Of a stretch of 64,000 bases of DNA, positions 62,621-64,000 are shown piece by piece (position 1 is the stretch's first letter; each line of letters begins with the position of its first letter). The notes beneath the pieces are model-generated. The model had not been told where the DNA came from. It did not search any database and was given only the letters and a program-made list of their open reading frames with translations. The DNA comes from Lysobacterales bacterium (GTDB lineage Bacteria; Pseudomonadota; Gammaproteobacteria; Xanthomonadales; SZUA-5). The stretch covers positions 91,691 to 155,690 of the forward strand of contig JALHMG010000005.1 in assembly GCA_022844135.1 (NCBI GenBank), written 5' to 3'. The translations under genes were made by a program, and so were the position numbers.

Positions 62621-64000
62621 ACCATCGTCACGATCAACTCAACTCGTCGTCGCAAACGGAACATGGATACGCGCACCGCAGCGCCTGTTGCGGCGATAGC
62701 CGCGATCATGGCACCGCAAGAGGATCCAACGCAGATATCGACCCGGTGTGCGGCATGTCGGTGGCGAGCGACTCGGAGCATCGCGTTGAGCACGAGGGGA
62801 AACTGCACCGATTCTGCTCCGACAAGTGCGGCGGTAAATTTCTTGCCGATCCAGCGCGCTACGCCAATCTCGCCGCTGCGCCGGCGACCGCACCGACCGC
62901 ACCCGACGCCCGCTATACCTGCCCGATGCACCCGCAGATCGTGCGAGACGAACCGGGCATTTGCCCGATCTGCGGCATGGCGCTGGAACCAATGTTGCCA
63001 AGCCTGGATGACGACGAGAATCCGGAGCTGGCCGATTTCCGGCGGCGATTCTGGTGGACCTTGCCGCTATCGATTGTCGTGCTGCTGCTGGCCATGGCCG
63101 GGCACCGAATGCCAGGATTAGCGGCCGATGCGCGTACCTGGCTGGAGCTAGTCCTATCCGCACCGGTGGTTCTGTGGGCAGGCTGGCCGTTCTTCCAACG
63201 CTGGGCGCAGTCGCTACGCAATCGCAGCCCGAACATGTGGACTCTCATCGGCACGGGCGTCGGCGCGGCTTTCGGCTACAGCCTGGCCGCCACCCTGGTG
63301 CCGGGGCTGTTCCCGGAGGCATTTCGCGAGCACGGCCGTGTCGGCGTCTATTACGAGGCAGCGGCCATCATCGTCTCGCTGACCTTGCTCGGCCAAGTGC
63401 TGGAGCTAAAGGCGCGTTCGTCCACCTCGGCGGCGATCAGGGCCCTGCTTGGATTGGCACCAAAGACCGCGCGCCGATTGCGCGAGGACGGCAGCGAAGA
63501 GGACGTCCCGCTGACCCATGTGCATGTCGGCGATCGGCTGCGTGTGCGTCCCGGCGAGAAGGTGCCAGCCGACGGCGAGGTGCTCGACGGGCGTTCGGCA
63601 GTCGACGAGTCGATGCTCACGGGCGAGCCCATCCCGGTCGAGAAATCCCCCGGCGCGCGGGTGATCGGTGCGACCATCAACGGCACCGGCAGCCTGGTGA
63701 TTCGCGCGGATCGTGTCGGAGCCGACACGGTGCTCGCGCAGATCGTGCAACTGGTGGCGCAGGCGCAGCGTTCGCGCGCACCGATGCAGCGGCTCGCGGA
63801 CGTGGTCAGCTACTGGTTCGTGCTGGCAGTGTTGGCGATCGCACTGGCGACGTTGCTCGGCTGGGGCCTGTTCGGCCCGGAGCCGTCTTGGACTTACGGC
63901 GTCGCCAACGCGGTCGCTGTGCTGATCATCGCCTGTCCGTGTGCACTCGGGCTCGCCACGCCGATGTCGATCATGGTGGCCACCGGCCGGGCGGCGCAAT
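62617..64000 (+). CDS. copA: copper-translocating P1B-type ATPase (partial, continues past window end)
   Basis: Read manually in frame from ATG 62617 (ATGA overlap with cueR). N-terminal YHS/TRASH-like DPVCGMSV...[10 protein letters not shown] and [30 protein letters not shown] actuator motif. CPC in TM6 ([12 protein letters not shown]). Open to position 64000. Confidence 0.9.
   Translation, partial: MNHRHDQLNSSSQTEHGYAHRSACCGDSRDHGTARGSNADIDPVCGMSVASDSEHRVEHEGKLHRFCSDKCGGKFLADPARYANLAAAPATAPTAPDARYTCPMHPQIVRDEPGICPICGMALEPMLPSLDDDENPELADFRRRFWWTLPLSIVVLLLAMAGHRMPGLAADARTWLELVLSAPVVLWAGWPFFQRWAQSLRNRSPNMWTLIGTGVGAAFGYSLAATLVPGLFPEAFREHGRVGVYYEAAAIIVSLTLLGQVLELKARSSTSAAIRALLGLAPKTARRLREDGSEEDVPLTHVHVGDRLRVRPGEKVPADGEVLDGRSAVDESMLTGEPIPVEKSPGARVIGATINGTGSLVIRADRVGADTVLAQIVQLVAQAQRSRAPMQRLADVVSYWFVLAVLAIALATLLGWGLFGPEPSWTYGVANAVAVLIIACPCALGLATPMSIMVATGRAAQ

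Overview
This is a GC-rich chromosomal segment (roughly 60-65% by eye) from a gammaproteobacterium of the Xanthomonadales/Lysobacterales type. That assignment rests on a PhoP that closely matches my recollection of Xanthomonas PhoP, plus petABC and the hupB-tRNA-ppiD arrangement. I call about 60 protein genes, 5 tRNAs, several hairpin terminators and a family of short intergenic repeat elements. Housekeeping content: PepSY-phoPQ, waaA/lpxL, gltA, pckG, ppsR, pepP-ygfB, ppnN, petABC, a degS-like protease, mutY, ppiD and hupB. Accessory content: a VapBC-type toxin-antitoxin pair; a decayed type I R-M/DUF1016 scar next to tRNA-Glu/Ala; a low-GC two-gene islet with a SUFU-like protein; a BtaA/BtaB-like lipid gene pair; a TonB-dependent receptor; a complete Wsp-type chemosensory/c-di-GMP pathway (wspABCDEFR); and a copper-resistance island next to tRNA-Ser (outer-membrane factor (OMF), multicopper oxidase, cytochrome c, CopG, CueR, CopA). 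The best candidate for an undescribed system is the three-gene module at 10230-15488. It encodes a flavin/2x cNMP-binding/4x[4Fe-4S] fusion protein, a 5-TM protein with a di-heme-b His signature, and a single-pass protein with an FHA-like domain and ten heme-c sites. On paper this is a cyclic-nucleotide-gated electron wire from cytoplasm to periplasm. The second unexplained signal is a set of intergenic elements bounded by inverted arrays of degenerate heptamers (GGGGCAC/GTGCCCC, and one GGTCAAT/ATTGACC variant). All calls come from reading the translations and the DNA by eye. No database searches were run.
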